A DNA stretch of 64,000 nucleotides. Origin: an uncultured Phycisphaerales bacterium (GTDB taxonomy: Bacteria > Planctomycetota > Phycisphaerae > Tepidisphaerales > Tepidisphaeraceae). Both the position numbers and the translations under genes were made by a program. The stretch is taken from assembly GCA_963844715.1 (NCBI GenBank), contig CAWJPJ010000007.1:352001-416000 (forward strand). Reading direction: 5' to 3'. Positions 46,037 to 55,827 of this stretch are shown here, in pieces (within the stretch, counting starts at the first letter, position 1; each line of letters starts with the position of its first letter). The notes under the pieces are model-generated. The model was not told the origin of the DNA, searched no databases, and saw only the letters and a program-made list of their open reading frames with translations.

Positions 46037-47735
46037 ATGACGTTGCAGGCAAATAATCGTATCGCGGGTTCGGGCACCGCCCACGGCGGCGCCCCCATTG
46101 CCGTTTTGGACGTCCTGGCCACCCGCTTCCGGCCCGCCGGCCTCTTCCTCGCGCTCCTCAAGCCCGACGGAACCGTCCTCTTTCACGACTCCGGCGCGGG
46201 ACTATTCTTCCAGCGATACGTCCTGCCCATGCTCCAGTATGACGATTCGTCCGACACTGGAATCAAACAGCAATTGGCAACTCTCACCGCCACGTCCCCC
46301 GTGACGGTCTGGAACCATCTCCCCGGAATCATCCTCGCTGCTTTCCCGCACGTCGAGCGCCGCCAGCTCGTCGGCATCCTCGTCCTCGCCGCCAAGAGCG
46401 CCACCTTCAAGCTCGGCGAAGATGTCGTCCGCGTCTGCAGCCGCCTCGGCCTCGACGGAATCTGGCTCAATCAGCAAGCCGAGGAAACTCCCACCTTCAA
46501 CGATGAGACCATGCAGCGTCAGGCCCGCATGCTTCTCAACATGCTGCGCGACCAGGTACGCCTCGCCAGCCTCGAAGGCGAACTCGATTCCCTCTCCGGA
46601 CAACTCGCCAACACCTACGAAGAACTCAGTCTCATCTACCAGATCAGCGGCGGCATGCGAATCAACCGCCGCGCCAATGACTTTTTCAAGCAGGCATGCC
46701 TCGATGTCCTGGAAGTCATGGGTGTGCAGGGCATGGGCGTCGCCCTCAGCGGCGACGCCGCCCAGCGCCAGGAGCCCGTCCTCTACGGCCCCCTCAGCCT
46801 CCCCCCGGGAACCGTTCATCGCCTCGCCGATGAATTAATGCCCGTCCTCTTCCATCGCAAAAGCCCGCTCCTCATCAACGATCTTTCCAAGGACAAAACT
46901 TTCCATTGGCTCAGCGAGCATTCCAAGCATCTCCTTGCCGTTCCGCTTCAGCGCCAGGACCAGGTCCTCGGCTGCCTCTTCGCACTCGACAAAATCACCG
47001 GCGATTTCGACTCCCAGGACAGCAAGCTCCTCAACTCGATCGCCAACGAATCGGCGATCTATCTCGAAAACGCCATGCTCTTCGACGACGTGCACGGCCT
47101 GATGATGGGATTGCTCCATAGCCTCACCAGCGCCGTCGACGCCAAGGACACCTACACCTGCGGCCACAGCGAACGCGTCGCCGCCATCGCCCGCCAGCTC
47201 ACCCTCGAAGCCGGCCTCCCCGAGTCTCTGGCCGAGCGCATTTACATGGCCGGGCTCCTTCACGACGTCGGAAAAATCGGCGTCCCCGAAGGCCGTCCTC
47301 CAAAAAACCGGCCGCCTCACCGCCGAGGAATTCGAGCAGATGAAAAAACATCCGCAGATCGGCGCCAGAATCCTGCGCGACGTGAAGCAGATCAGCGATC
47401 TGATCCCCGGCGTCCTCCATCACCACGAACGCTACGACGGCAACGGCTATCCCGGCGGCCTGGTCGGCGAAGCCATCCCCATCATGGGACGGATCATCTG
47501 CCTCGCCGATTGCTTCGACGCCATGACCAGCAATCGAACCTATCGCAAGGCCCTCCCCCTGGAGGTTGCCCTGACGGAAATCCGCCGCTGCTCCGGGACT
47601 CAGTTCGACCCCGTGCTCACCGAAGCGTTCCTCAAGATCACCACGGAAAAATTCCGCGAGTACATGAGCATGCGCCAGGAGCAGGCCAAGGATTTCATCG
47701 AATTGCATCAGCGGACCATCCAGTCCGCCGCCTGA
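46037..47735 (+). CDS. GAF + HD-GYP cyclic-dinucleotide phosphodiesterase (frameshift near 47292)
   Basis: GAF 'LLAVPL...VLGCLFALDK'; TCGHSERV, LLHDVGKIG, HHHERYDGNGYP, ADCFDAMT, GTQFDP. Confidence 0.92.
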
Positions 47736-47747
47736 AACGGAAAGAGT

Positions 47748-48086
47748 ATGCCCATCAAGTGTGAGGAATACAGCCAGGTCTGCGTGATGGAAGTTCAGGG
47801 CGATTTCATGGCCGAGACCGCCACTCTGGCCAAGAAAAGCCTCGAGGACCAGATCGAGCAGCGCCGCATCGTCGATTTCGTGGTCGACTTCCAGAAATCC
47901 GGCTTCGTCGACTCCGACGGCCTCGAGGCCCTCATCTGGATGAAACGCCGCTGCGAGGATCTTTTCGGCCAGATCAAGCTCGTCAATCTCGACGAAAATT
48001 GCCGCAAGATTCTCGAAATCACCCGCCTCGAGCACCGCTTCGAGTGCCACGCGGATTTGGCGTCGGCCCTTAAGACGATGAGATAA
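47748..48086 (+). CDS. STAS-domain protein (anti-anti-sigma-like)
   Basis: VVDFQKSGFVDSDGLEAL...KILEITRL. Confidence 0.9.
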   Translation: MPIKCEEYSQVCVMEVQGDFMAETATLAKKSLEDQIEQRRIVDFVVDFQKSGFVDSDGLEALIWMKRRCEDLFGQIKLVNLDENCRKILEITRLEHRFECHADLASALKTMR

Positions 48087-48097
48087 CAGCATTCGCC

Positions 48098-49801
48098 ATG
48101 GTCGCCACGCTGGAAAGAAAACCTCTCGGACAGTTGCTCATCTCCAAGGGCCTCCTTCAACAGGAGCAGCTCGAGCGCGCCCTCGACGAGCAAAAGCGCT
48201 GCGGACATCAGAAACTCCTCGGCGAAGTCCTCGTCGAACTGCATCTCTGCACAGAGGACCAGATCACCGAGTCCCTCGCCCAGGCCTACGGCGTCCCCTA
48301 CGCCCGCGTCAGCCCCAGGGTCGCCGACCCCAAAGTCATCGCCGTCCTCCCCAAGGAGTTCCTGGAAAAACACCAGGTCCTCCCGCTCTATCTCGTCGAG
48401 GGAACCCTCACCGTCGCCGTTCCCGAACCCGCCAACGTCTTTCTTCTCGAAGAAATCGAACGCATCAGCGGCTATCACGTCCAGGTCGTCGCAGCGACCG
48501 TGCGCGACATCAAGAGCACCCTCCAGGCTTATCTCCCCAACGACAAGGTCTTTGTCATCGACGACATCATCGAGGAGGTTAAGCCCGAGGAATTCACGCT
48601 CATCGAGGCGCCCGTTCCCGATATCGCCTCCCTCGAAGTAGCGGCGGGGGACTCCCCGGTCATCAAGCTCGTCAACTACGTCATCTACAACGCCGTCAAG
48701 GAAGGCGCCAGCGACATTCACATCGAGCCCGGCGACGGACTCCTCCGCATTCGTTATCGCATCGACGGCCGCCTCACCGAAAAACTCCGTCCACCTTTCC
48801 AGATGCACGCCGCCGTCGCCAGCCGAATCAAAATCATGGCCTCGCTCGATATCTCCGAGCGCCGCCTCCCCCAGGACGGGGGCATCCATGTCCTCATGGA
48901 CAAACGCCCCATCGATCTCCGCGTCAGCACCATGCCCGGAAAGTACGGCGAAAAAGTCGTCATCCGCGTCATCGACAACGACAAGGCCTCCGTCAATCTA
49001 GAAAAACTCGGCTTCGGCTACGACACACTCAAGGCCTGGCGAAAACTCATCGCGCTCCCCAACGGAATCCTTCTCGTCACCGGCCCGACCGGCAGCGGAA
49101 AAAGCACCACCCTCTACGCCGTCCTCCAGGAACTCAACCGCGGCGACGTCAATATCTGCACCGTCGAGGACCCCATCGAATATGCCCTCAGCGGCGTCAA
49201 CCAATTCCAGGTCAACGAAAAAGCCGGCTTCAGTTTCTCGACGGCTCTTCGCGCGCTTCTGCGCCAGGACCCCGACATTCTCATGGTCGGCGAAATCCGC
49301 GACTCCGACACCGCCAAGCTCGCCACCCAGGCCGCCCTCACCGGCCACATGGTCCTGAGCACCCTGCACACAAACGACTCTCCCGGCGCCATCACCCGTC
49401 TCTACAACATCGGCGTCGAGCCCTATCTCGTCGGCGCGACGGTCATCGGCGTCCTCGCCCAGCGCCTCGTCCGAAAACTCTGCCAGCATTGCAAGGAAGC
49501 CTACGAGCCCGGCGTCAACGAGCGCCGCCAGATGGAGCGCTTCGCCGGAACCATCGACAAGCTCTACCGCCCCAAAGGCTGCTCGCGCTGCCGCAACCTC
49601 GGCTACAGCGGCCGAATCGGTATCTACGAACTACTCGTCCCCGACGACGCCATGGTCGAAATGATCAGCCAGGGAGTCCCCCTCAACGAACTCCGCGAAC
49701 TGGCCAAAAAACAAAACATGAAGACCCTCCGCGTCGACGGAGTCGAAAAGGTGAAATCCGGAATCACCACCATGGAAGAGGTTTATCGCGTGACGGCTTA
49801 A
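48098..49801 (+). CDS. pilB: PilB/GspE extension ATPase with an N-terminal MshEN-like domain
   Basis: ASDIHIEP, DISERRLPQDG, GPTGSGKST, TVEDPIEY, LRQDPD, TLHTN, and tetracysteine CxxC...CxxC. Confidence 0.95.
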   Translation: MVATLERKPLGQLLISKGLLQQEQLERALDEQKRCGHQKLLGEVLVELHLCTEDQITESLAQAYGVPYARVSPRVADPKVIAVLPKEFLEKHQVLPLYLVEGTLTVAVPEPANVFLLEEIERISGYHVQVVAATVRDIKSTLQAYLPNDKVFVIDDIIEEVKPEEFTLIEAPVPDIASLEVAAGDSPVIKLVNYVIYNAVKEGASDIHIEPGDGLLRIRYRIDGRLTEKLRPPFQMHAAVASRIKIMASLDISERRLPQDGGIHVLMDKRPIDLRVSTMPGKYGEKVVIRVIDNDKASVNLEKLGFGYDTLKAWRKLIALPNGILLVTGPTGSGKSTTLYAVLQELNRGDVNICTVEDPIEYALSGVNQFQVNEKAGFSFSTALRALLRQDPDILMVGEIRDSDTAKLATQAALTGHMVLSTLHTNDSPGAITRLYNIGVEPYLVGATVIGVLAQRLVRKLCQHCKEAYEPGVNERRQMERFAGTIDKLYRPKGCSRCRNLGYSGRIGIYELLVPDDAMVEMISQGVPLNELRELAKKQNMKTLRVDGVEKVKSGITTMEEVYRVTA

Positions 49802-49853
49802 ATGAGATTTTGAACCGTGCAGAACGCAAAGATCCCACAGTAAGAGCGGAACA

Positions 49854-49941
49854 GCCACAGATGGGGCACAGATGAACGCAGATAAATGAAAACGAATTCA
49901 ATTCTTTTTTTATCTGTGTTCATCTGATTTTCATCTGTGGC
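49854..49941. repeat. Intergenic imperfect inverted repeat built from CAGATG units
   Basis: GCCACAGATG-N5-CAGATGAACGCAGATAAA pairs with TTTATCTGTGTTCATCTG-N5-CATCTGTGGC. Confidence 0.75.
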
Positions 49942-49970
49942 AAAAATGCCTTTTGCCGGATTAGAAGATA

Positions 49971-51191
49971 ATGGCCACCTTCGCCTACACAGCGCGCGAT
50001 CACGCCGGGCTTCCCGCCACCGGAACCCTCGTTGCCACCAGCGTCGCAGACGCCGCCAATCTTCTCCGCGCCGACGGCAAATACCCGACGAGCATCCGCC
50101 CCTCCAGCGAAACCCCGCAGGTTGAAGCGGCCGGCTTCGGCCCACGCGGCCTCCGCATGAGCCGCAAGGATCTCATCCAGTTCGCCCAGCAGCTCGCCAT
50201 CATGGTCGACACCGGCGTCACCCTCTCCGAGGCCCTCGAATGCATTGCCGCTCAGGCCGATAAGCCCAACGTCAAGGGCATCGTCACCGACATCAGCCAG
50301 CAGGTTCAAGAAGGCGGCGATCTCAGTTCCGCCCTACAACGCCACCCCCGCGCTTTCCCGAGATTATTCATCGCTCTCGTCTCCGCCAGCGAAAAAAGCG
50401 GCATGATGGGCAAGCTCCTCAATCGTGCCGTCACATACATGCGCGACGAATATGAGGCCATCCGCCGCGTCCGCGGGGCCCTCACCTATCCTGCCATCAT
50501 GCTCTTCTTCGCCATCACCACGACGACATTCCTGCTCACATTTGTGTTACCAAGATTCACCGCGATCTATGCCGCCAAGCAGGCCGCTCTCCCCGTCCCC
50601 ACCAAGGTCCTCATCGCGATCAGCGGCTTCGTCGTCCACCAGTGGCCCTGGCTCCTCACCGGCATCGCCGGCACATCCTTCGCCCTCTACTCCTTCGGCT
50701 CGACACAAACCGGCAAACGCGTCTTCCACTATATCCAGCTCCACATCCCCCTCTTGGGCGGCCTCTTCCACCAGGTCTATCTTTCCCGAGGCCTCCGCAT
50801 GATCGGCACCATGGCCGGCGCGGGAATCAGCCTCGTCGACTGCGTAAAAACCGCCCACGACCTCGTCGCCAACACTTACTTCCGCGACCTTTGGAACAAC
50901 GTCTCCCAGCAAATCCAGGCCGGCAAGCAACTCTCCGAACCCCTCTTCCAAAGCAATCTGGTCCCCAAGCCCATCGCCCAAATGCTCCACAGCGCCGAAA
51001 AAGGCGGCAAGCTCGCCCAGGTCATGGAACAAGTCGCCACTTTCTCCGAACAGGAACTAAAAGAAAAAATCGCCGACATGACCAAGTACATCGAACCCAT
51101 CATGATCGCGGTAATGGGCGCCATAATCGGCGGCGTTGCCATGGCGCTCATGCTGCCGATCTTCACGATCAGCAAAGTGATCGCGCGATAA
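49971..51191 (+). CDS. pilC: PilC/GspF inner-membrane platform protein
   Basis: FAYTARD, FAQQLAIMVDTGV, ALTYP, AEKGGKL, IEPIMI...MLPIF. Confidence 0.95.
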   Translation: MATFAYTARDHAGLPATGTLVATSVADAANLLRADGKYPTSIRPSSETPQVEAAGFGPRGLRMSRKDLIQFAQQLAIMVDTGVTLSEALECIAAQADKPNVKGIVTDISQQVQEGGDLSSALQRHPRAFPRLFIALVSASEKSGMMGKLLNRAVTYMRDEYEAIRRVRGALTYPAIMLFFAITTTTFLLTFVLPRFTAIYAAKQAALPVPTKVLIAISGFVVHQWPWLLTGIAGTSFALYSFGSTQTGKRVFHYIQLHIPLLGGLFHQVYLSRGLRMIGTMAGAGISLVDCVKTAHDLVANTYFRDLWNNVSQQIQAGKQLSEPLFQSNLVPKPIAQMLHSAEKGGKLAQVMEQVATFSEQELKEKIADMTKYIEPIMIAVMGAIIGGVAMALMLPIFTISKVIAR

Positions 51192-51367
51192 TTCGCGTTC
51201 CGCATTTTTCTCCTCCCGCGATACCCCGCCCGAAAGGAATTGTCGACTTTGCCCCGACCGCGCCATTTCCCTCTACCCCAATAAGTTGCAGAATAGACTG
51301 TTGATGGTCCGCGCACGACCGCGGCGCAAAGGCAAGCCACTATGAATCGAACCGAACAAGGCCTGAC

Positions 51368-52347
51368 ATGACGACCCAAGATCCCGCGTCCCCCAACGGC
51401 GACCTCCACGTCATCTTCGGCGCCGGCCAAGTCGGCCCTCTCCTGGCTCAACACCTCCTCGACGCCGGCCATCGCGTCCGCGTCGTCCGCCGCGGAAACC
51501 AATCCATCGCCCCGCAAATCGAACTCATCTCCGGCGACGCCACCGACCGGGAATTCTGCGCCGGCGCCGCCATGGGCGGCTCCGTCGTCTATCACTGCAT
51601 GAATCCCGCCGAATACAACGCAAAAATCTGGGCCGATCTCGTCCCCAAATACATGGACAACCTCATCGCGGCCGCCAGAACCGCCGGCGCCCGCCTCGTC
51701 GTCCTCGACAATCTCTACATGCTCGGCCGCCCCAACGGCAAACCCCTGACCGAAAAAACCCCCGTGAACCCCTGTAGTAAAAAAGGAGAGATCCGCGCCA
51801 AAACCGCCGAAAAATTATTCGCCGCACACAACAAGGGAGAAGTCGCCGCCATCACCGGTCGCGCCTCGGATTTCTACGGCCCGCGCGCCAGACTAGGCTT
51901 CCTCGGCGACCCCTTCTGGAAACCCGCCCTCTCCGGCCGCAAAGTCCGCACCCCCATCAATCCCGACGCCGTTCACACCTACCACTATGTCCCCGATGTC
52001 GCTGCCGGATTAGCCGCCCTCGGCAGCGCCCCCTCGATGCCTACGGCAAATCCTGGATGCTCCCCTGCCAACCCGCCGAAACAATGCGCCAACTCGCCGG
52101 GCGGCTGTCCAAATATCTCGGCAAACCAATCAACGTCGCCAAACTCCCCTCTTTCCTGCTCAAGGCCGCCGGAATGTTCGTCCCCATCGTCCGCGAATTA
52201 AACGAAATGCGCTATCAGTGGGACGAACCCTTCATCGTTGACGACACCGCCTTCCGCGCGAAATTCGGACTCACGCCCATCGATCGCGACCAAGCCGCCA
52301 AGGCCACCGTCGAATGGGCGCGCACCGCCTACGCAAAAAAAGGATAG
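51368..52347 (+). CDS. NAD-dependent epimerase/dehydratase (atypical SDR), frameshift near 52035
   Basis: VIFGAGQVG, DNLYM, SKKGEIR, RASDFYGP, YVPDVA, EMRYQWDEPF. Confidence 0.88.
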
Positions 52348-52602
52348 ACCCCATGACTGCCGTTGCCTTGCACCCCAGTGGAACAGTCCGCTCATCCCGC
52401 CCGCCCCAAAGACGACGCCTTGCCGATTATCGCTCCATCCTGCGGAAACTAGTGGAAGCCTGATATGACTGGTCGTTCTGCCCAGCGCCCGGCCCGTCTG
52501 GACGCAACGCAGAAGTTACAAAACAGATGAAGCTGCTCCAGCCGGCCGTCAACCCTCCAACTCATTACGCCCCCAACCACTTACCCGCCAGGAATTTTCC
52601 GC

Positions 52603-52630
52603 TTGACGACGCAATTATTTGTATATACAA
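52603..52630 (+). promoter_or_regulatory. Promoter with palindromic MarR-type operator (copy 1)
   Basis: TTGACG at 52603-52608; palindrome TTGTATATACAA at 52619-52630, overlapping a TACAAT -10. Confidence 0.75.
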
Positions 52631-52661
52631 TTAAATCGTCGATGATCAAAAGAGGCACGCA

Positions 52662-53105
52662 ATGGCCGATACCCGCACCTGGCAGCAAAAAATCGACCTG
52701 ATGGCCCGCCAGTGCCTGGCCCTCAAGGTCCGCATGCTCAACCGCGTCGTCTCCGGAATTTACGACGACGCCTTGCGCCCCTTCGGCCTAAAAGTCAGCC
52801 AGATGAATATCCTCGTCGCCACCGCCAAATTCGGCGTCGCCCATCCCGGCCCCATGTCCAAGCTCCTGGAACTCGATCCCTCCACCCTCAGCCGAAACGT
52901 CGAACGCATGCGGGCCCGAAACTGGATCGAGCCCGTCCCCGCCCCCGACGGCCGCGAACAACCTTTCCGCCTCACTCCGACCGGCGAACGCCTCCTCCAA
53001 AAAATCGCCCCCGTCTGGGAAGCCGCACAACGCCAGGCCGCAAAACTCCTCGGAACCCAAGCCGTCGCCTTCCTCAACCGCCAAACCATCAATGTCGAGG
53101 CGTAA
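52662..53105 (+). CDS. MarR-family transcriptional regulator
   Basis: CLALKVRMLNRVVSGIYDDALRPFGL...LDPSTLSRNV...DGRE...LTPTG. Confidence 0.92.
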   Translation: MADTRTWQQKIDLMARQCLALKVRMLNRVVSGIYDDALRPFGLKVSQMNILVATAKFGVAHPGPMSKLLELDPSTLSRNVERMRARNWIEPVPAPDGREQPFRLTPTGERLLQKIAPVWEAAQRQAAKLLGTQAVAFLNRQTINVEA

Positions 53106-53133
53106 CCTCTAATGAATTTCTATTTTGACCAGA

Positions 53134-53147
53134 TATTTGTATATACA
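53134..53147 (+). promoter_or_regulatory. MarR-type operator (copy 2)
   Basis: TATTTGTATATACA is identical to 52616-52629 and lies upstream of the next gene's AAGGAG RBS. Confidence 0.75.
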
Positions 53148-53171
53148 TTCAACTTGCTAAAGGAGCAAGCC

Positions 53172-53816
53172 ATGTTGAGCCCTGTTTCCATTCAATCCGA
53201 TACCCGCGTCAGGACAACCGTGTGGTTCGTGCTGTCGTCCTGGTTCCTGGCGGCGCTCGCCGGTTCACTGCTCGGAGCCTTCCAGGCCGGAAACCGTCCT
53301 CCCATCCCTCTCGGTTTGATGGCCGTCGTCCCGGTCGTCGCGTTCCTCATTGCCTACCGTTCTTCCGAGCCCTTTCGCCGATTTGTCCTGGGCACCAATC
53401 CGCGCTGGCTTACATTCGCCCAATCCTGGCGCGTAATGGGCGTCGTTTTCCTGATCCTCTATTTCCGCGGATTGCTGCCGGGGTTGTTCGCCCTGCCCGC
53501 CGGTTTGGGAGACATGACCATCGGCCTCACCGCCCCTCTCGTCGCCCGGGCCGTGTCATCGCCTAGCGCCTCCCTCCGCACGCGCATCATCGCCTGGAAC
53601 CTGGGCGGAATTCTCGACCTCGTCACCGCTGTGACCCTCGGCGTCCTCAACACCCCCAGTCCCATCGGCATCCTGGCCTCCGGAGTCAACACCCGCCTCA
53701 TGGGTTCATTCCCCCTAAGCCTGATCCCGACGTTCCTAGTTCCCCTTTTCCTGATCTTCCATTTGATCACACTGATCCACCTGCGCCGTCCCGACACGGT
53801 CCCCGAGGGTAATTGA
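53172..53816 (+). CDS. Multi-pass membrane protein (MarR target)
   Basis: About 6 TM segments; 'QSWRVMG', 'AGLGD', 'WNLGGILD', 'FPLSLIPTFLVP'. Confidence 0.8.
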   Translation: MLSPVSIQSDTRVRTTVWFVLSSWFLAALAGSLLGAFQAGNRPPIPLGLMAVVPVVAFLIAYRSSEPFRRFVLGTNPRWLTFAQSWRVMGVVFLILYFRGLLPGLFALPAGLGDMTIGLTAPLVARAVSSPSASLRTRIIAWNLGGILDLVTAVTLGVLNTPSPIGILASGVNTRLMGSFPLSLIPTFLVPLFLIFHLITLIHLRRPDTVPEGN

Positions 53817-53857
53817 CTTTCGCCGTTTAACGCGGCCGCAAGGGAAAGTTAAGCGCA

Positions 53858-53902
53858 CAAAAAACGGGGTCATTACTGACCTCCTCCCGCGGTAATGACC
53901 CC
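53858..53902 (-). terminator. Intrinsic terminator of the minus-strand PAP2-GT2 unit
   Basis: 11-bp stem GGGGTCATTAC (53866-53876) / GTAATGACCCC (53892-53902), followed on the minus strand by a T6 run. Confidence 0.65.
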
Positions 53903-53946
53903 ATTCTTCTAAACTGCACGATCCCGTTCGTCTCTCCACCCAACCC

Positions 53947-54666
53947 CTATTTAATTTCCTCCGCCTGATATCGCAGATACCTCTTTTTCATCCACCTCAC
54001 CCCCAGCAAATCCACAAACGCCCGCCATGCCCGATTCCGAAGCCCATACTTCGCCGTCCCCGCGAACCTCGCCGAATGCTTCACCGGCGTCTCCAAAACT
54101 TTGTACCCTCGCATCTTCACCAGCGTAGGCATGAACCGATGCGCCCCGTTGAACAAATAAATCCCCTCCAGGCAATGCCGCTTGTAAATCTTCAAGCTGC
54201 TCGCCGAATCCTCGATCGTCTCCTCGCTGATCCAGTTTCGAATCCCGTTGGCGATTCGCGTCTGCAATCGCCGAAAGGCTGAATCGCTCCGCTTCTGCCT
54301 CCATCCCGTGATCATGTCCACCCCCTCCAGCATCGGCAGCAGCCGCGCAATCTCCTCCGGATCGTTCTGCAAATCCGCGTCGATCGTCGCGATCAATCCC
54401 CCGCGCGCCGCCTTGAACCCCGCGTCGAACGCCGCGCTCTGTCCCCCGTTCCTGCTCATCCGCAAAATCCGCAGCCACGGCCGAGTCCCCTGCGCCTCTT
54501 TCAATAACGCCGCCGTCTGATCCGCGCTCCCGTCGTCCACAATCACGACTTCAAATCGCTTCTGCGTCAGCTTCAACGCATCTTCCACCCGCCGCAGCAA
54601 CTCGGGAATGACCTCCTGCTCGTTATACGCGGGAATCACCAGCGACAGTTCCACTTCGTCCGTCAT
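53947..54666 (-). CDS. GT2 polyprenyl-phosphate glycosyltransferase (DPM1/ArnC-like)
   Basis: LSLVIPAYNE, VDDGS, NGGQSAA, IDADLQNDP, HRFMP. Confidence 0.92.
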   Translation of the reverse strand: MTDEVELSLVIPAYNEQEVIPELLRRVEDALKLTQKRFEVVIVDDGSADQTAALLKEAQGTRPWLRILRMSRNGGQSAAFDAGFKAARGGLIATIDADLQNDPEEIARLLPMLEGVDMITGWRQKRSDSAFRRLQTRIANGIRNWISEETIEDSASSLKIYKRHCLEGIYLFNGAHRFMPTLVKMRGYKVLETPVKHSARFAGTAKYGLRNRAWRAFVDLLGVRWMKKRYLRYQAEEIK

Positions 54667-55328
54667 GAATTGCTGTCCTCGCGTCTGTCCGCCCCTTCAC
54701 TTGACGGCTGCACCGGAAACCCCTGCGCCTTTGTCGATGATGGAAACAGGCGATTCACCAAAAACCGCGCCGCATGCGCCACCAGAATACCCAAGCACGC
54801 CCCGGCCACCGTATCGCTGGGATAGTGCGCTCCCTCAGCGATCCGTTCAAGGCAGATCCAAATCCCCATGCACCACCACAACAACTTCCCCCCCGGCGCC
54901 GCCCACGTTAGCGACGCCGTCATCGCAAACGCCAGCGTCGCGTCCCCCGACGGGAAGCTCAACCCCGCCTCCGCATGCATCAGACCATCAAGGTGCCCGG
55001 AAAACGGATGAAGCGAAAATGGCCCGAATCCATGGAATGGCCGATATCGCCCAACACACCATTTCACGAATTGATTCACCCCCGAAAAAATCCCGCTCAA
55101 AAGCACGATCGCCGCGCTCGCCTTGCGGCCCAGAGAGAGCAGAATCAAGCACGCCGGAATTGTGCACAGCCAAAAAATGCCGTAGAAGCGAAGCCCGTAA
55201 TGGATCAGATAGTAAGGCACTCCCGCGGCCCCTTTGATCGCCGCGCTCAGCCCCGAATCGTGTACCCATGTGGATACAGGAACGTCCAACCCCAGCGAGA
55301 TTGCAAAAATCAGGAGCCCCACACCCAC
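54663..55328 (-). CDS. PAP2-family membrane phosphatase
   Basis: KWCVGRYRP, SFPSGD (His replaced by Asp), RIAEGAHYPSD. Confidence 0.85.
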   Translation of the reverse strand: MGVGLLIFAISLGLDVPVSTWVHDSGLSAAIKGAAGVPYYLIHYGLRFYGIFWLCTIPACLILLSLGRKASAAIVLLSGIFSGVNQFVKWCVGRYRPFHGFGPFSLHPFSGHLDGLMHAEAGLSFPSGDATLAFAMTASLTWAAPGGKLLWWCMGIWICLERIAEGAHYPSDTVAGACLGILVAHAARFLVNRLFPSSTKAQGFPVQPSSEGADRREDSNS

Positions 55329-55690
55329 GCCGAAAAGTCGATTCCTCGACCCGCGCCGGGCACCACAGCCGAAGGTATTTGCCGGACTTGCGCCACGAAA
55401 GTTATCGGATCATCGAAGCCAACCCAAGGCACGTCAAGCCAGGAAGGATACGCAGCGGAAAACGCCCCCCCACGAAAAAATAACGCCCACGGCGCTGCCA
55501 TGGACCTCCCCGCGACCACCCCATTTTTGCCCATTTCATGCGCGCCCAAAACCCATGATGAAAACAAAATCAGCGGCCCCCTCAAACCCCGCCCGAGCCG
55601 CGCAAAATAAAACCGCCCATTTCACCCCCACAAACGCGATTTTCGCAAAACCGTTCACGATTCTCACCCATGGCATCCCCTTTGTTTATA

Positions 55691-55827
55691 GGAATCCCGT
55701 AGCCGTCGTGGTGACGGTTATGAGTGGCCAAGCGAGTCACTCACATTCATGGAGCGCGGTTGGTTCCCACGGGCAGTGTCGTCCGGCCGGCGGTCGGCCG
55801 GACGACACGCTGGCCCGGGGTTTTTTT
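55691..55827 (+). ncRNA. Candidate structured small RNA ending in an intrinsic terminator
   Basis: Three consecutive hairpins (55700-55720, 55721-55743 and a perfect 14-bp stem at 55776-55808) plus T7 at 55821-55827. They lie in an 870-bp gap between minus-strand genes. Confidence 0.4.

Noticed and set aside
29319..49489. Long antisense and alternate-frame ORFs (e.g. 29319..30392-, 41005..42288-, 47795..48889-, 29984..31165+)
   Set aside because: They are shadow ORFs of well-supported genes in high-GC DNA with biased third positions and carry no motifs.
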